This document shows, in pieces, positions 1 through 9,405 of a DNA stretch of 64,000 bases. The position numbers and the translations under genes were made by a program. The notes beneath the pieces were generated by a model. It ran no database searches and was not told the origin of the DNA. It saw only the letters and a list, made by a program, of their open reading frames with translations. The DNA lies in NCBI GenBank assembly GCA_964359735.1, contig CAYHTZ010000005.1, positions 3,882-67,881 on the forward strand. Reading direction: 5' to 3'. Each line of letters opens with the position of its first letter. Within the stretch, counting starts at the first letter, position 1. This DNA comes from an uncultured Candidatus Saccharibacteria bacterium (GTDB lineage Bacteria; Patescibacteriota; Andersenbacteria; UBA10190).

Positions 1-1
1 T

Positions 2-1069
2 CAATTAACACGGCTGGCCCAAACCTTGGCTAAAGCAGAACTGGAGCTCAAGCAAACTCAACTCAACATCGAGGCAGTTCAAGATGAAAGCGAGCGGACC
101 ACGCGTTCCATTGAAGAAATCGAGCGCAATATTGTGAGCAAACGCCAGCAGCTGCGCAGTCTCTTTCGCAAATTATATGAAGAAGAGCAGAAGTCATTTC
201 TCAGCCTATTGCTCAGCTCGCAAAGTATCAGCGAGGTCCTAGCCGAGAGGTCGGCGTACGAAAAGATTCAGGCGCAAACTGCGGCTCTCGTCAGCGAGCT
301 CCAGGGCGAACTCGCGACGTTAGAAAAGGAAAAACAGGCGCTGGAAGTGCAACAGGCTGACTTAACCGAGCTCTCCGGGCTGCTTGAGGCCCAGCAAGCG
401 GGGATTGAGCAGCAGCGTTCCGTTCAAAAACAATTTTTAGCAGCCAAGCGGGGCGAACAAGCTACCTTTGATAATCTTTTAGCCGAAGCCCGCGCTGCTC
501 GCCAAGAAATCGAGCAAAATCTCTATAATCTAAAAGGCACTGGGGTCGAGCTCACCTTAACCGCTGCGAATGACATGGCGACCTTTGCAGGCAAACTTAC
601 CGGCGTGCGCCCCGCGCTGCTCTTGGCAGTCCTCAAGGTAGAATCCAATGTTGGTGCCAACGTGGGGAGCGGGAAGTTTCCCGATGATATGCACCCAGAC
701 AGCCGCGAGCCCTTCCTCCGCATTACACAAAAGTTAAAACTAGACCCGGCGGCCGCTCCTATCTCTGCCAGGCCGAGGAGCTACAGCGGCTGGGGAGGTG
801 CCATGGGCCCGGCTCAAATCATGCCCGAGACCTGGGAGCGTATCGAGGGCCGCGTAAGCTCCTTGATGGGCAAGCCGGCCCCGAACCCCTACGAGCTAAC
901 CGATGCCTTCGTGGCCACAGCGCTGCTCTTGGCTGACAAGGGGGCGGGGAATCCTGCCCAAGAATACGAAGCCGTCAACCGGTACTTAGCCGGCCCCAAC
1001 TGGCAGCGCTTTACATGGTATGGGGACCGGGTGCTGGCGGTGGCAAAGGAGTACGAAAAAGAAATATAA
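2..1069 (+). CDS. Coiled-coil lytic murein transglycosylase (SLT/MltB-like C-terminal domain); 5' end lies outside the window
   Basis: Frame is open from base 2. A long heptad region precedes the motifs LLAVLKVES (catalytic Glu), GGAMGPAQIMPETW and RYLAG. Confidence 0.8.
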   Translation, partial: QLTRLAQTLAKAELELKQTQLNIEAVQDESERTTRSIEEIERNIVSKRQQLRSLFRKLYEEEQKSFLSLLLSSQSISEVLAERSAYEKIQAQTAALVSELQGELATLEKEKQALEVQQADLTELSGLLEAQQAGIEQQRSVQKQFLAAKRGEQATFDNLLAEARAARQEIEQNLYNLKGTGVELTLTAANDMATFAGKLTGVRPALLLAVLKVESNVGANVGSGKFPDDMHPDSREPFLRITQKLKLDPAAAPISARPRSYSGWGGAMGPAQIMPETWERIEGRVSSLMGKPAPNPYELTDAFVATALLLADKGAGNPAQEYEAVNRYLAGPNWQRFTWYGDRVLAVAKEYEKEI

Positions 1070-1383
1070 TGAAACTGATTTTTGCCGCCAGCGCTACTTT
1101 GAATGCACTGCTGTGGGCCGCCGCACTGTGGCTGTTTCCGAAAGGAGACCCGGCCACCATTCTGCACTACAGCCCGATTGTGGGAGTTGACTTTATTGGA
1201 AGCGGCCGGCAGATTTACATCCTCCCGCTCTCCGGTCTGCTGGTGCTGGGCGGGAACGCTACGCTAGCTCTCCTCGTGAGGAAAGCTTCGGCGCGCGCCA
1301 GTGCTATCCTGTGGATAGCACTGCTCATTATTCAAATCATTTTGATTTTATCATTCATCATTCTGTGGCGACTCAATCGCTAG
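1069..1383 (+). CDS. Small 3-TM membrane protein (DUF1648-like)
   Basis: ATG overlaps the upstream TAA (TAATG). Hydrophobic segments and an ILHY...GVD motif. Confidence 0.65.
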   Translation: MKLIFAASATLNALLWAAALWLFPKGDPATILHYSPIVGVDFIGSGRQIYILPLSGLLVLGGNATLALLVRKASARASAILWIALLIIQIILILSFIILWRLNR

Positions 1384-2897
1384 TAGATTTTCAGTTTGAA
1401 CTTGACCTCCGGGAATTACGCCAGAGGATATGGCAAGTTATTCCTGGCTTGCTCTCTTGGACCACGCTCATTGGGCTAACCGTGCTGGCTTTTTGGTTGC
1501 CGTTTTGGATTGCCATTTTTGTCATTGTCTATGATGTCTATATTTTGATTCGCGCTGTCTACATGTCTATTCACCTGGTGTATGCGTACAACAAACTGAA
1601 GCGCTCCTCGAGCACGCCCTGGCGGAAAAAACTGGAAGATCTGCCAACCCAGGAGGTAGATTGGCGCAATGTTCATCATTTTATTGTCTTGCCCACCTAC
1701 GATGAGGAGATGGAAGTCCTCCGGGGGTCCATACGAGCGCTCGCGGGGAGCGACTTCCCCTTATCTCAGATGCATGTGGTAGTGGGGTTTGAAGAGCGGA
1801 GTGGTGAGGACGCGCGCTCCCGGGCCGCCGCCTTGCATGAAGAATTCGACCATGTCTTCGGAACATTCATGACCACTTTTCACCCGGACGGTTCACCCGG
1901 AGAGCGGCGCGTGAAGAGTGCCAATGCCACCTGGGCTCTGCGCCGGCTGGAAGAGAAGACAGCGCCTCTGGACATTCCGGTGCGCCATATTTTGGTGAGT
2001 AACTTTGACAGCGATACGGTTGTTCACGGTAATTATTTCTCGTACCTGACACATGTTTTTATCACGCACCCTGACCGCTACCATGTGAGCTACCAGCCGA
2101 TTCCTCTCTACAATAATAATCTCTGGGATGCGCCTGCATTTTCGCGCGTGATTGCCACCGGCTCCACATTTTGGCAGCTGATTGAGTCGACTCGTCCCGA
2201 ACGTCTCGTTACCTTCTCCAGCCACTCCATGACCTTACAAGCCTTGCATGATGTTGGATATTGGCAGCGTGATATTGTCTCCGAGGACTCGCGCATCTTC
2301 TGGCAGTGCCTTTTGCGTTACAACGATCGTTACCGTACCGAGCCTCTCTACACTACCGTCTCCATGGATGCGGCGCTGACTCCCACGCTGCCTCGGACGC
2401 TCGTGAGCCAATACCGCCAACAACGGCGGTGGGCCTGGGGAATTGAGAATTTTCCGTATTTAGTCGAAGGTTTCATCAGTAACAAGAGCATCCCCTGGCG
2501 CCGCAAGGCGATGTATCTCTTCCGAACGTTGGAAGGGCACTACTCCTGGGCTACGGCGCCTATTATTGTGGCGGGCTTAGGGTGGCTGCCCATTCTTTTT
2601 GGTGGACCGGAATTTCATACCACCGTATTGTCCTACAGTTTGCCGTTTATCACGCGCACTCTTATGACCGCGGCTATGTTTGGGTTGGTGATTTCAGCGA
2701 GCATCGCCTTCATGTTGCTCCCCCAGAAGCCTGAACGTGTGAGGCCGTGGCGGTATGGCGGTATGGTGCTACAGTGGGCGCTGGTACCTGTGATGGCCAC
2801 TGTGCTTTCTGCTTTTCCGGCACTGGACGCTGAAACCCGCTTGATGCTCGGCCGGGACCTTAACTTTCACGTCATGCAAAAAACGCGCCGTGTTTGA
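1365..2897 (+). CDS. Membrane glycosyltransferase family 2 (processive type); start uncertain
   Basis: LPTYDE, FDSD, SEDS and QQRRWAWG motifs with flanking TM helices. GTG at 1365 chosen as start. Confidence 0.85.
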   Translation: MATQSLVDFQFELDLRELRQRIWQVIPGLLSWTTLIGLTVLAFWLPFWIAIFVIVYDVYILIRAVYMSIHLVYAYNKLKRSSSTPWRKKLEDLPTQEVDWRNVHHFIVLPTYDEEMEVLRGSIRALAGSDFPLSQMHVVVGFEERSGEDARSRAAALHEEFDHVFGTFMTTFHPDGSPGERRVKSANATWALRRLEEKTAPLDIPVRHILVSNFDSDTVVHGNYFSYLTHVFITHPDRYHVSYQPIPLYNNNLWDAPAFSRVIATGSTFWQLIESTRPERLVTFSSHSMTLQALHDVGYWQRDIVSEDSRIFWQCLLRYNDRYRTEPLYTTVSMDAALTPTLPRTLVSQYRQQRRWAWGIENFPYLVEGFISNKSIPWRRKAMYLFRTLEGHYSWATAPIIVAGLGWLPILFGGPEFHTTVLSYSLPFITRTLMTAAMFGLVISASIAFMLLPQKPERVRPWRYGGMVLQWALVPVMATVLSAFPALDAETRLMLGRDLNFHVMQKTRRV

Positions 2898-3858
2898 CCT
2901 GCGTCTCCTCTCCGCCTCTCATTTCATATTTCTGTTACTAAGTTTCGCAGTGGGCTTCGCAGTCTTGCTGCGCTGGCACACAAAATTTGCCGGCATTATT
3001 CCCGCCACCGTGGCAACGATCCTGAGCGTTGTATTCTTGGGAAATACTATTTTAAGCGTCGGGCTGCTCTTGGCCTACGCGGTCATTGTGATAGTTGGCC
3101 GGGCTGACGAAAAAGAACCGCTTTCCCCGGCTGCTCAACTTTTCTGGCAGTTACTCGTGAGCGTCATCCTGGTGGTGTGCGGTTGGAATATTCCGTATGT
3201 GAGCAACCCTCTGGGATCCGGGGTGATTGAGCTCGGCGCCTTAAGTTTCCCCCTGACCGTTGCCTGGATCATGCTCATGATGAATGCTATGAACTGGCTC
3301 GATGGCGTCGATGGCTTGGCTGCCTTAGTTGGGAGCATTGGCTTCATCACGTTAGCAGCCGTGAGCGCTTTACCAGCCACGCAAGACACAGCTACTCTCG
3401 GCTTGGCGCTCGTGGGCGCTGGGGCATTCGCAGGTTTCTTTTTACACAATGCTCCGCCGGCTCGCTTTTATTTGGGTACCGTGGGCAGCTGGTTTTTGGG
3501 AGCTTTCTTAGCACTGACGGCTGCTTTCGGCGGGGGAAAAGTAGCCACCGCTACCCTGGTGTTAGCATTGCCGGTACTCGACGCATTCTTTGTCATCGGC
3601 CAGCGGCTGCTCTCGCGGCAAAAACCGTGGCAAGGAGATAAGAAACATCTTCACTTTCGCCTCGCCTCGCTCGGGTGGAAAGTGCCGCACATTGTTCTCG
3701 CCTCAGGGGTTGTATCGGCCACCTTAGGAGTAATCGCCGTGACCGCCCAAACGAGGGAGAAGCTCTGGGTGCTCGGTATAGTTGCTTTGTTTCTCTTACT
3801 CACTATACTGAGCCTGTTATATCTAACCTATGCGGGCCGGAAAACTGCTCATCGCTAG
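2890..3858 (+). CDS. MraY/WecA/TagO-family polyprenyl-phosphate sugar-1-phosphate transferase
   Basis: NAMNWLDGVDGLA, HNAPPARFYLG and DKKHLHFRL motifs; multi-TM. Confidence 0.85.
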   Translation: MFDLRLLSASHFIFLLLSFAVGFAVLLRWHTKFAGIIPATVATILSVVFLGNTILSVGLLLAYAVIVIVGRADEKEPLSPAAQLFWQLLVSVILVVCGWNIPYVSNPLGSGVIELGALSFPLTVAWIMLMMNAMNWLDGVDGLAALVGSIGFITLAAVSALPATQDTATLGLALVGAGAFAGFFLHNAPPARFYLGTVGSWFLGAFLALTAAFGGGKVATATLVLALPVLDAFFVIGQRLLSRQKPWQGDKKHLHFRLASLGWKVPHIVLASGVVSATLGVIAVTAQTREKLWVLGIVALFLLLTILSLLYLTYAGRKTAHR

Positions 3859-4393
3859 TTTGACAGGGGTTCTGATTATTGTGGGAGGAATATTGCTGAT
3901 CCTGAGAACCCCCTCTAGCTCCCCCTTGTCAGGGGGAGAGATTTCTTCTTCTCCTTTACCCTCCCTTGATAAGGGGAGGCTGGGAGGGGTTTCTGGAGAA
4001 ACCGTCTGCCCTGATTTCCAGGAAGGGGAAGTCACAGTGGGGGAGGTAGAACTTACCGTATCGCTAGCTAATACCCAGGCGGAGAAGACCAAAGGCCTCT
4101 CGGGCTGCAGCGAACTGCCTGAAAAAGCCGGCATGCTGTTTCCCTATAAACCCGCCAAAACCGTGACCTTTTGGATGAAAAATATGGTTATGCCCATCGA
4201 CATCGTCTGGATCCACGAAGGCCGGGTAATTGGGATCGAGCCCAATATTCCTGCTCCGACACCGGGTGTCCCCGAGAAAGAGCTGCCTCAATACGCCTCT
4301 CCGGGAAGCGTAGATGCTGTTCTCGAAATCAAAGCCGGAGGTGCTGAGGAATACGGCATTGTACAAGGCACTGAAATTTCTTGGAATAATTGA
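3830..4393 (+). CDS. DUF192 domain protein with N-terminal anchor and an in-frame repeat-derived linker
   Basis: KGLS, GMLF, FWMKNM..PIDIVW and VLEIKAG motifs. Confidence 0.85.
   Translation: MRAGKLLIASLTGVLIIVGGILLILRTPSSSPLSGGEISSSPLPSLDKGRLGGVSGETVCPDFQEGEVTVGEVELTVSLANTQAEKTKGLSGCSELPEKAGMLFPYKPAKTVTFWMKNMVMPIDIVWIHEGRVIGIEPNIPAPTPGVPEKELPQYASPGSVDAVLEIKAGGAEEYGIVQGTEISWNN
3905..3994. repeat. Family A double-hairpin palindromic repeat, copy A1 (inside CDS)
   Basis: Outer stem AACCCCCTCTAG/CTGGGAGGGGTT encloses CTCCCCCT-TGTC-AGGGGGAG and CCTCCCTT-GAT-AAGGGGAGG. Confidence 0.85.
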
Positions 4394-4447
4394 CAATCAA
4401 TTTGAAATCCTCTACACATTACGCATTACTCATCACGCGTTACTTTT

Positions 4448-4765
4448 ATGAAATTGGCCGTTATTAAAACAGGTGGCAAGCAGTACCTCGTGGGGGAGGG
4501 AACAAAAGTGAAGGTGGAAAAGCTCTCTCAGAAGGAGGGCAAAGCCGTCGCCTTTCCCGATGTACTCATGACGGTCACGGACAAGGCCGTAACTTTGGGC
4601 GAACCTGATGTAGATGCCGCCAAGGTAGAAGGCAAAGTTGTGCGCCACGGTCGCCGCGAGAAGGTCTTTGGCGTCAAAATGAAAGCCAAGAAACGCGAAC
4701 GCAAATACTTCGGTCACAAGCAGTGGTTCACTGAGGTTGAAATTACGAAAATTACTACTCGTTAA
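4448..4765 (+). CDS. rplU: 50S ribosomal protein L21
   Basis: AVIKTGGKQY..GHKQWFTEVEI. Confidence 0.97.
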   Translation: MKLAVIKTGGKQYLVGEGTKVKVEKLSQKEGKAVAFPDVLMTVTDKAVTLGEPDVDAAKVEGKVVRHGRREKVFGVKMKAKKRERKYFGHKQWFTEVEITKITTR

Positions 4766-5379
4766 TCGCGAGCAGTTTCCAGAACTTTCCGGCCCTCAAA
4801 CGCGGCGCCAAGGGTGAGAGCATCAGCGAATTCAATATCGCCTCCAGTAGGCAGCCCTCTAGCGAGCCGACTCACGGTGATGCCTTTATTCGGCAAGTGC
4901 TTCAGAATGTGCCGCGCCGTCGCCTCGCCTTCTAAATTTTGATCCAGCGCAATGATCAATTCTTCCAGAGAAGGCGCCGTGAGCCGGCGGGTTAGCTCTT
5001 CCAACGTTAGTTGCTCCGGCCCGATACCCTCCAGCGGGGAAAGCCCACCCCCCAGGACATGGTACAAGCCATGGTAGATATTCGTTTTCTCAATCGCTTC
5101 TACATCCAGCGGGTCTTCCACCACGCACAGCCGCCTCATATCCCGCGTGGCATCGCCACATATGGTACAGAGCTCCTTCTCCGCTAAGTTGAAGCACTGC
5201 TTACAAATGCGGACGTTCAGATGCAGGTTCTTGAGCGTTTGCGCAAATCGGTTTACCACCACAGATGGTTGCCGCAGGAGATGAATAGACAGGCGCTGCG
5301 CTGTTTTAGGGCCGATTCCGGGCAGCCGCCGGAGTTCCTCGCTTAAATCCCGCACCGCTTTAGGCAATGTGGAAGGCAT
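4762..5379 (-). CDS. recR: Recombination mediator RecR
   Basis: LPGIGPKTAQR HhH motif, C4 zinc finger, TOPRIM VVED, YHVLGG. Confidence 0.97.
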   Translation of the reverse strand: MPSTLPKAVRDLSEELRRLPGIGPKTAQRLSIHLLRQPSVVVNRFAQTLKNLHLNVRICKQCFNLAEKELCTICGDATRDMRRLCVVEDPLDVEAIEKTNIYHGLYHVLGGGLSPLEGIGPEQLTLEELTRRLTAPSLEELIIALDQNLEGEATARHILKHLPNKGITVSRLARGLPTGGDIEFADALTLGAAFEGRKVLETARD

Positions 5380-5390
5380 AAAGCCAGTCT

Positions 5391-5442
5391 AGCTGACTCC
5401 CCGGTGAGTGTCACCAGTAGGTGACTCTCCCGGGGTGTTAGT
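5391..5442. repeat. Long intergenic hairpin between dnaB and recR (family G, CCCCGG/ACACC type)
   Basis: GCTGAC-TCCCCGG..GTCACC-AGTA-GGTGAC..CCGGGG-T-GTTAGT pairs on itself. Confidence 0.65.
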
Positions 5443-5446
5443 GGGT

Positions 5447-6859
5447 TTAAGCAGCAACTGTTTCCTCCGCCGGAATCTGTGCGTCGCTGTAGAACTCCTC
5501 TGGCTCCGCGAATGTGACCTGGCTGGTATGGAAGCGCAGGCTGACATCCCCCGTGGGTCCATTGCGATGCTTTTCAATCAGAAGATCTAAGTCTACCGCG
5601 GCCGATGCTTCTTCACCATTCCCCGGCTGGCGGTGGAGAAACATGACGATATCGGCGTCTTGTTCGATACTTCCGCTCTCACGCAAATCAGAAAGCTTAG
5701 GCCGCTGATCGACTCTCATCTCAATCGAGCGGTTAAGCTGAGAAAGCGCGATGATCGGCACATTCAGCTCAATAGCCAGCTTCTTGAGACTGCGGGAGAT
5801 ATCCGATACTTCCTGTACTCGGTTATCTTGATACCGGCTCGATTCCATGAGCTGCAAATAATCAATAACCAGTAATCCCAATCCAAATTCGGCTTGCAGC
5901 CGCCGCGCCATCGTGCGCATACCCATCACGTTGTTGGAAGCGTGATCATCGATGTAAATAGGGAGTTGGCTGAGTTCTCCCATCGCTTGTCCTAAACGGG
6001 AGAAGTCATCGAATTCCTCTGCTCCTGATTCCAACCGCCCAGTCCTAAGCTTCCAAAGATCGACATGGGCGTGAGCAGCTAAGAGCCGGTCTACCAGCTG
6101 GTCGCGCGACATTTCCAGGCTGAAAATCCCCACCGGCGTACCCGCACTCGCGGCGTGCCTCGCAAAATCGAGAGCCAATGTGCTTTTACCCACGCTCGGG
6201 CGTGCTGCCAATACAATCAAATCAGACTTCTGCCACCCGGCGAGCTTGAGATCCAGCTGCTTGAAGCCTGTGGGCACCCCGCGCAGGGCTGATTCACCCT
6301 TCTGCAACTTGTCGATACGGGCAAAGGCGTCCTCCAATGCTTCAGAGAGCCGGGTAAACTTTTGGTGCTTGTAATCCTTCGATACGGAAAACAGCGTCTG
6401 CTCTGCGCTATCTAACGTAGTTTGTACGTCATCCGCCTCAGTAAACCCCATTTCGGTTATATCGGCCGCGGCCGATATAAGCCGGCGCCGCGTCGCTGTG
6501 CCTTGCACGATCCGTGCGTAGTGGACCACGTGTCCGGCCGTAGGCACCACTGTGGCTAAGTGGGTGACAGCCACTTCTCCTCCCACTTCTTCAAGCTCCC
6601 CGCGCTCTTTCAGGCGGTGAATCACCGACAGCACGTCGATCGGCTCGCCCGAGTTATACAATTCCACCATCGCGGCATAGATAGTTTGGTGACGCGTCTT
6701 ATAAAAATCTTCGGCGCCCAAAAAATCGGCAATTTTTACGATGGCATTCTTGTCTACCATAAGGCTGCCCAGCACAGATTCTTCCGCCTCGTAGCTATGC
6801 GGGGGAATACGCAAGCCTTCGGACATTTCTTTCATTTTGGACATACGGCCTCGTCTCAT
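5447..6859 (-). CDS. dnaB: Replicative DNA helicase; true start may be 6844, 6835 or 6826
   Basis: PPHSYEAEESVLG, AARPSVGKS, IDYLQL and SDLRESGSIEQDAD. Confidence 0.97.
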   Translation of the reverse strand: MRRGRMSKMKEMSEGLRIPPHSYEAEESVLGSLMVDKNAIVKIADFLGAEDFYKTRHQTIYAAMVELYNSGEPIDVLSVIHRLKERGELEEVGGEVAVTHLATVVPTAGHVVHYARIVQGTATRRRLISAAADITEMGFTEADDVQTTLDSAEQTLFSVSKDYKHQKFTRLSEALEDAFARIDKLQKGESALRGVPTGFKQLDLKLAGWQKSDLIVLAARPSVGKSTLALDFARHAASAGTPVGIFSLEMSRDQLVDRLLAAHAHVDLWKLRTGRLESGAEEFDDFSRLGQAMGELSQLPIYIDDHASNNVMGMRTMARRLQAEFGLGLLVIDYLQLMESSRYQDNRVQEVSDISRSLKKLAIELNVPIIALSQLNRSIEMRVDQRPKLSDLRESGSIEQDADIVMFLHRQPGNGEEASAAVDLDLLIEKHRNGPTGDVSLRFHTSQVTFAEPEEFYSDAQIPAEETVAA

Positions 6860-6924
6860 AGGGAAGGATGGTACCCCTCACTATACGCTGTCCGAATCTT
6901 CCTTGCGAGTGGATAAGGTGTGCA

Positions 6925-8349
6925 TTATCCCTTCATTACCCTGGGTCCGGTGCCGGTGTCTTCTACACGATACCCTTTGGCTTCAATGGCGCCCCGCAGT
7001 TCATCCGCCCGGTCAAATTGCTTGTTTTGGCGAGCTGTCTCACGCGCTTCCGCAAGCTGCTTGATCTCCTCTGGAATAGTTTCACCCTCAATCTCTGCTT
7101 CAAGTGGGGCTACCACGCCGACGACCTTATCAAGACGACGAAGGGTCGCTAATACCTCCCCAACAAAATCTGGAGAGGTATAAAAAGAATCAGGCATGCT
7201 ATTTGAGACACTAATAAAGTTTAGAAGGGCGGCAAGTGCACTGGGCGTGTTTAAATCATCTGCGATATGTCTGGAGAATAGAAGGATTGTCTTTTCATCA
7301 GCTTGAGCCGTCTTTGCGCTAACTTCTTTAAGTCGACGTAATAGTTGTTTAATGCTGTCTAGATTTTTTTGAGCTTGATGCATTGCCTCCCAGGAAAAAT
7401 CCAGGGGCGTGCGGTAGTGGCCGCCAAACACCAGCAAGCGGAAGGCGAGAGGGGAGAACCCTTTTTCTTTCAGCGAGTCCACTGTGAGCTGCTCGCCAGC
7501 GCGCTTCGCAAGCTTCTGCCCCTGTAATTTTAGGAAGGCATTATGCATCCACAGACGCACGAACGGCTTGCCGGTGGCCCCTTCTGATTGCGCGATTTCG
7601 TTCTCATGGTGGGGGAAACGGTTGTCTTCGCCGCCGGTGTGGATATCGATTTCACTGTCGAGGTACTTCATACTCATCGCAGAACACTCGATATGCCAGC
7701 CGGGGTAGCCCTTGCCCCAGGGTGAATCCCATTGCTGCAGGTGAGTGGGGTCATTCAGCTTCCACAAGGCGAAGTCGGCCGGATGCCTTTTTTCTTCCCG
7801 CACCTCTACCCGAGCCCCCGCGGCGATTTTTTCTAACGTATTACCCGAAAGTTTTCCGTACTCCGGAAAAGACTTCACGTCAAAATAGATTCCGCTCGGT
7901 GTCTGATACGCATGGCCGCGCGCCAGCAGCGCCTTCGTTATCTCAATCATCTCCGGAATATGCTGTGTCGCGCGCGGGTAGAGGTGGGCAGGTTGAATGT
8001 TAAGCGCGGATAAATCTTGAAAGTATTCTTGCGTAACCTGCTCAGCAATTTGCGCGGGCGTGCGTTTTTGTTCCTTCGCTGTTTTCTCTAACTTATCCTC
8101 GCCGGCATCAATATCATCCTGAGTGAGGTGGCCTACGTCTGTAATATTCGTAATGTCGCGCACCTCGTAACCGAAATATTCGAGAGATCGCCGCAGAAAA
8201 TCGGCAAATAAGAACCGGCGCATATTTCCGAGATGGGGGCGTTTGTACACCGTGGGTCCGCAATTATACATACGCACTTTACCACGCTCTTTCGATTGGA
8301 ATGGCTCAACCCTTTTGGTGAGAGAGTTGTAGAAACGTAGTTCAGTCAT
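6925..8349 (-). CDS. cysS: Cysteine--tRNA ligase
   Basis: CGPTVY, HLGN, PGWHIECSAM, DIHTGGED.FPHHENE. The KMSKS site reads KLAKR. Confidence 0.96.
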   Translation of the reverse strand: MTELRFYNSLTKRVEPFQSKERGKVRMYNCGPTVYKRPHLGNMRRFLFADFLRRSLEYFGYEVRDITNITDVGHLTQDDIDAGEDKLEKTAKEQKRTPAQIAEQVTQEYFQDLSALNIQPAHLYPRATQHIPEMIEITKALLARGHAYQTPSGIYFDVKSFPEYGKLSGNTLEKIAAGARVEVREEKRHPADFALWKLNDPTHLQQWDSPWGKGYPGWHIECSAMSMKYLDSEIDIHTGGEDNRFPHHENEIAQSEGATGKPFVRLWMHNAFLKLQGQKLAKRAGEQLTVDSLKEKGFSPLAFRLLVFGGHYRTPLDFSWEAMHQAQKNLDSIKQLLRRLKEVSAKTAQADEKTILLFSRHIADDLNTPSALAALLNFISVSNSMPDSFYTSPDFVGEVLATLRRLDKVVGVVAPLEAEIEGETIPEEIKQLAEARETARQNKQFDRADELRGAIEAKGYRVEDTGTGPRVMKG

Positions 8350-8365
8350 GAGTGCAGCGTAAATG

Positions 8366-8465
8366 ACCCCTCCCCGGCACTCAAGTGCCGGACCTCCCCT
8401 TCGTAAGGGGCGGCAAATTTGCTCCCCCTGCCGGAGGGGGAGTCGCCGTCTGCGGCGGAAGGGGT
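8366..8465. repeat. Family B four-hairpin palindromic repeat, copy B1
   Basis: Closing stem ACCCCTCC/GGAAGGGGT around CCGGCAC-TCAA-GTGCCGG, CCCCTT-CGT-AAGGGG, CTCCCCCT-GCCGG-AGGGGGAG and CGCCG-TCTG-CGGCG. Confidence 0.8.
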
Positions 8466-8470
8466 GGGAG

Positions 8471-9379
8471 TCAGAATATGCGTTTCCCTCGAAAGCGCCA
8501 CAACGTGGCCACCAGCATCCCCACGGCTGCTATGAAAAGCACCCAAAACACGATCACATCAACTCGGGAGGCATGTACTGCCCGCGGAGAGAAGAAGGGA
8601 TCGACTAAAATCATGATAGGAATGGTCAAGATTGAATATAGGGTAAGCACCCGGAGCAGCTGATTTTCTTTATGCTGGAGCAGCGCATAGTTTGTTTTAC
8701 CTAACTGCTTCACCGCCTCCGCCAGACTCTCCAGAATATCCCACAGCTTCGCCATCTGGGCTGCCTGCCGCCGCCACGCCTCTCGCGAGTCTTCCTGGAC
8801 TAAGGCATGTGTCGGCGCCTCATAAAAAAGCCGCCGCTGAGGCCGGATCACGCGCCGGAAGTCCATCACATCCCGAGTGAGCAGGGCAACTTCCTCTACC
8901 ATTTTTCGCTCATTCCCGTGGAAGACAGCGTCCTCGGCAATTTCAATATGCTTATTGAGTTTTTCCAGCTTATCAAAGGCAGTGGAGAGCAGCCGGCGGA
9001 TGAGGTAGAGCGCCAAGGGGAGAGCCGTTGCACCAAAGTACTCTTCTCGCTGTTCGGCTTGCTTTTCCAGCTCTTCGTAAAGAGAATCCAACACGACCAG
9101 TGGCTCAAAGTGGAGCGTAGAAACAATACCTTCCCGCACCACCAGGTATAGGTTAACTCCCCGCGTCACGCGCTCTACCCGCTGAAACACAGGCACCTGA
9201 ATGAGGATCAGAACATAGCCCGCCCGGGCCACGACTTCTGGCCGCTGCCGTTCTTGCGCAATGAATTCAGCATCCAGCGGCGAAAGGTTGCTTTCTCGCA
9301 CGAACTCAGCCAGCTCCTCGGGAGAAGGCTCGGCTAAAACATGCCACGTTAGCTCTTTTGAGGTAAGCACCCTCCTCAT
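8471..9379 (-). CDS. CorA-family divalent cation transporter (divergent)
   Basis: QRP motif, helical cytoplasmic domain, ENQLLRVLT followed by two C-terminal TMs. The GMN signature is not evident. Confidence 0.75.
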   Translation of the reverse strand: MRRVLTSKELTWHVLAEPSPEELAEFVRESNLSPLDAEFIAQERQRPEVVARAGYVLILIQVPVFQRVERVTRGVNLYLVVREGIVSTLHFEPLVVLDSLYEELEKQAEQREEYFGATALPLALYLIRRLLSTAFDKLEKLNKHIEIAEDAVFHGNERKMVEEVALLTRDVMDFRRVIRPQRRLFYEAPTHALVQEDSREAWRRQAAQMAKLWDILESLAEAVKQLGKTNYALLQHKENQLLRVLTLYSILTIPIMILVDPFFSPRAVHASRVDVIVFWVLFIAAVGMLVATLWRFRGKRIF

Positions 9380-9405
9380 GTACTATTGAGTATATCACTT
9401 TTTCT

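Noticed and set aside
8346-8663. Short ORFs over repeat B1 (also 55712..55921 over B2)
   Set aside because: They are products of GC-rich palindromes and antisense frames.
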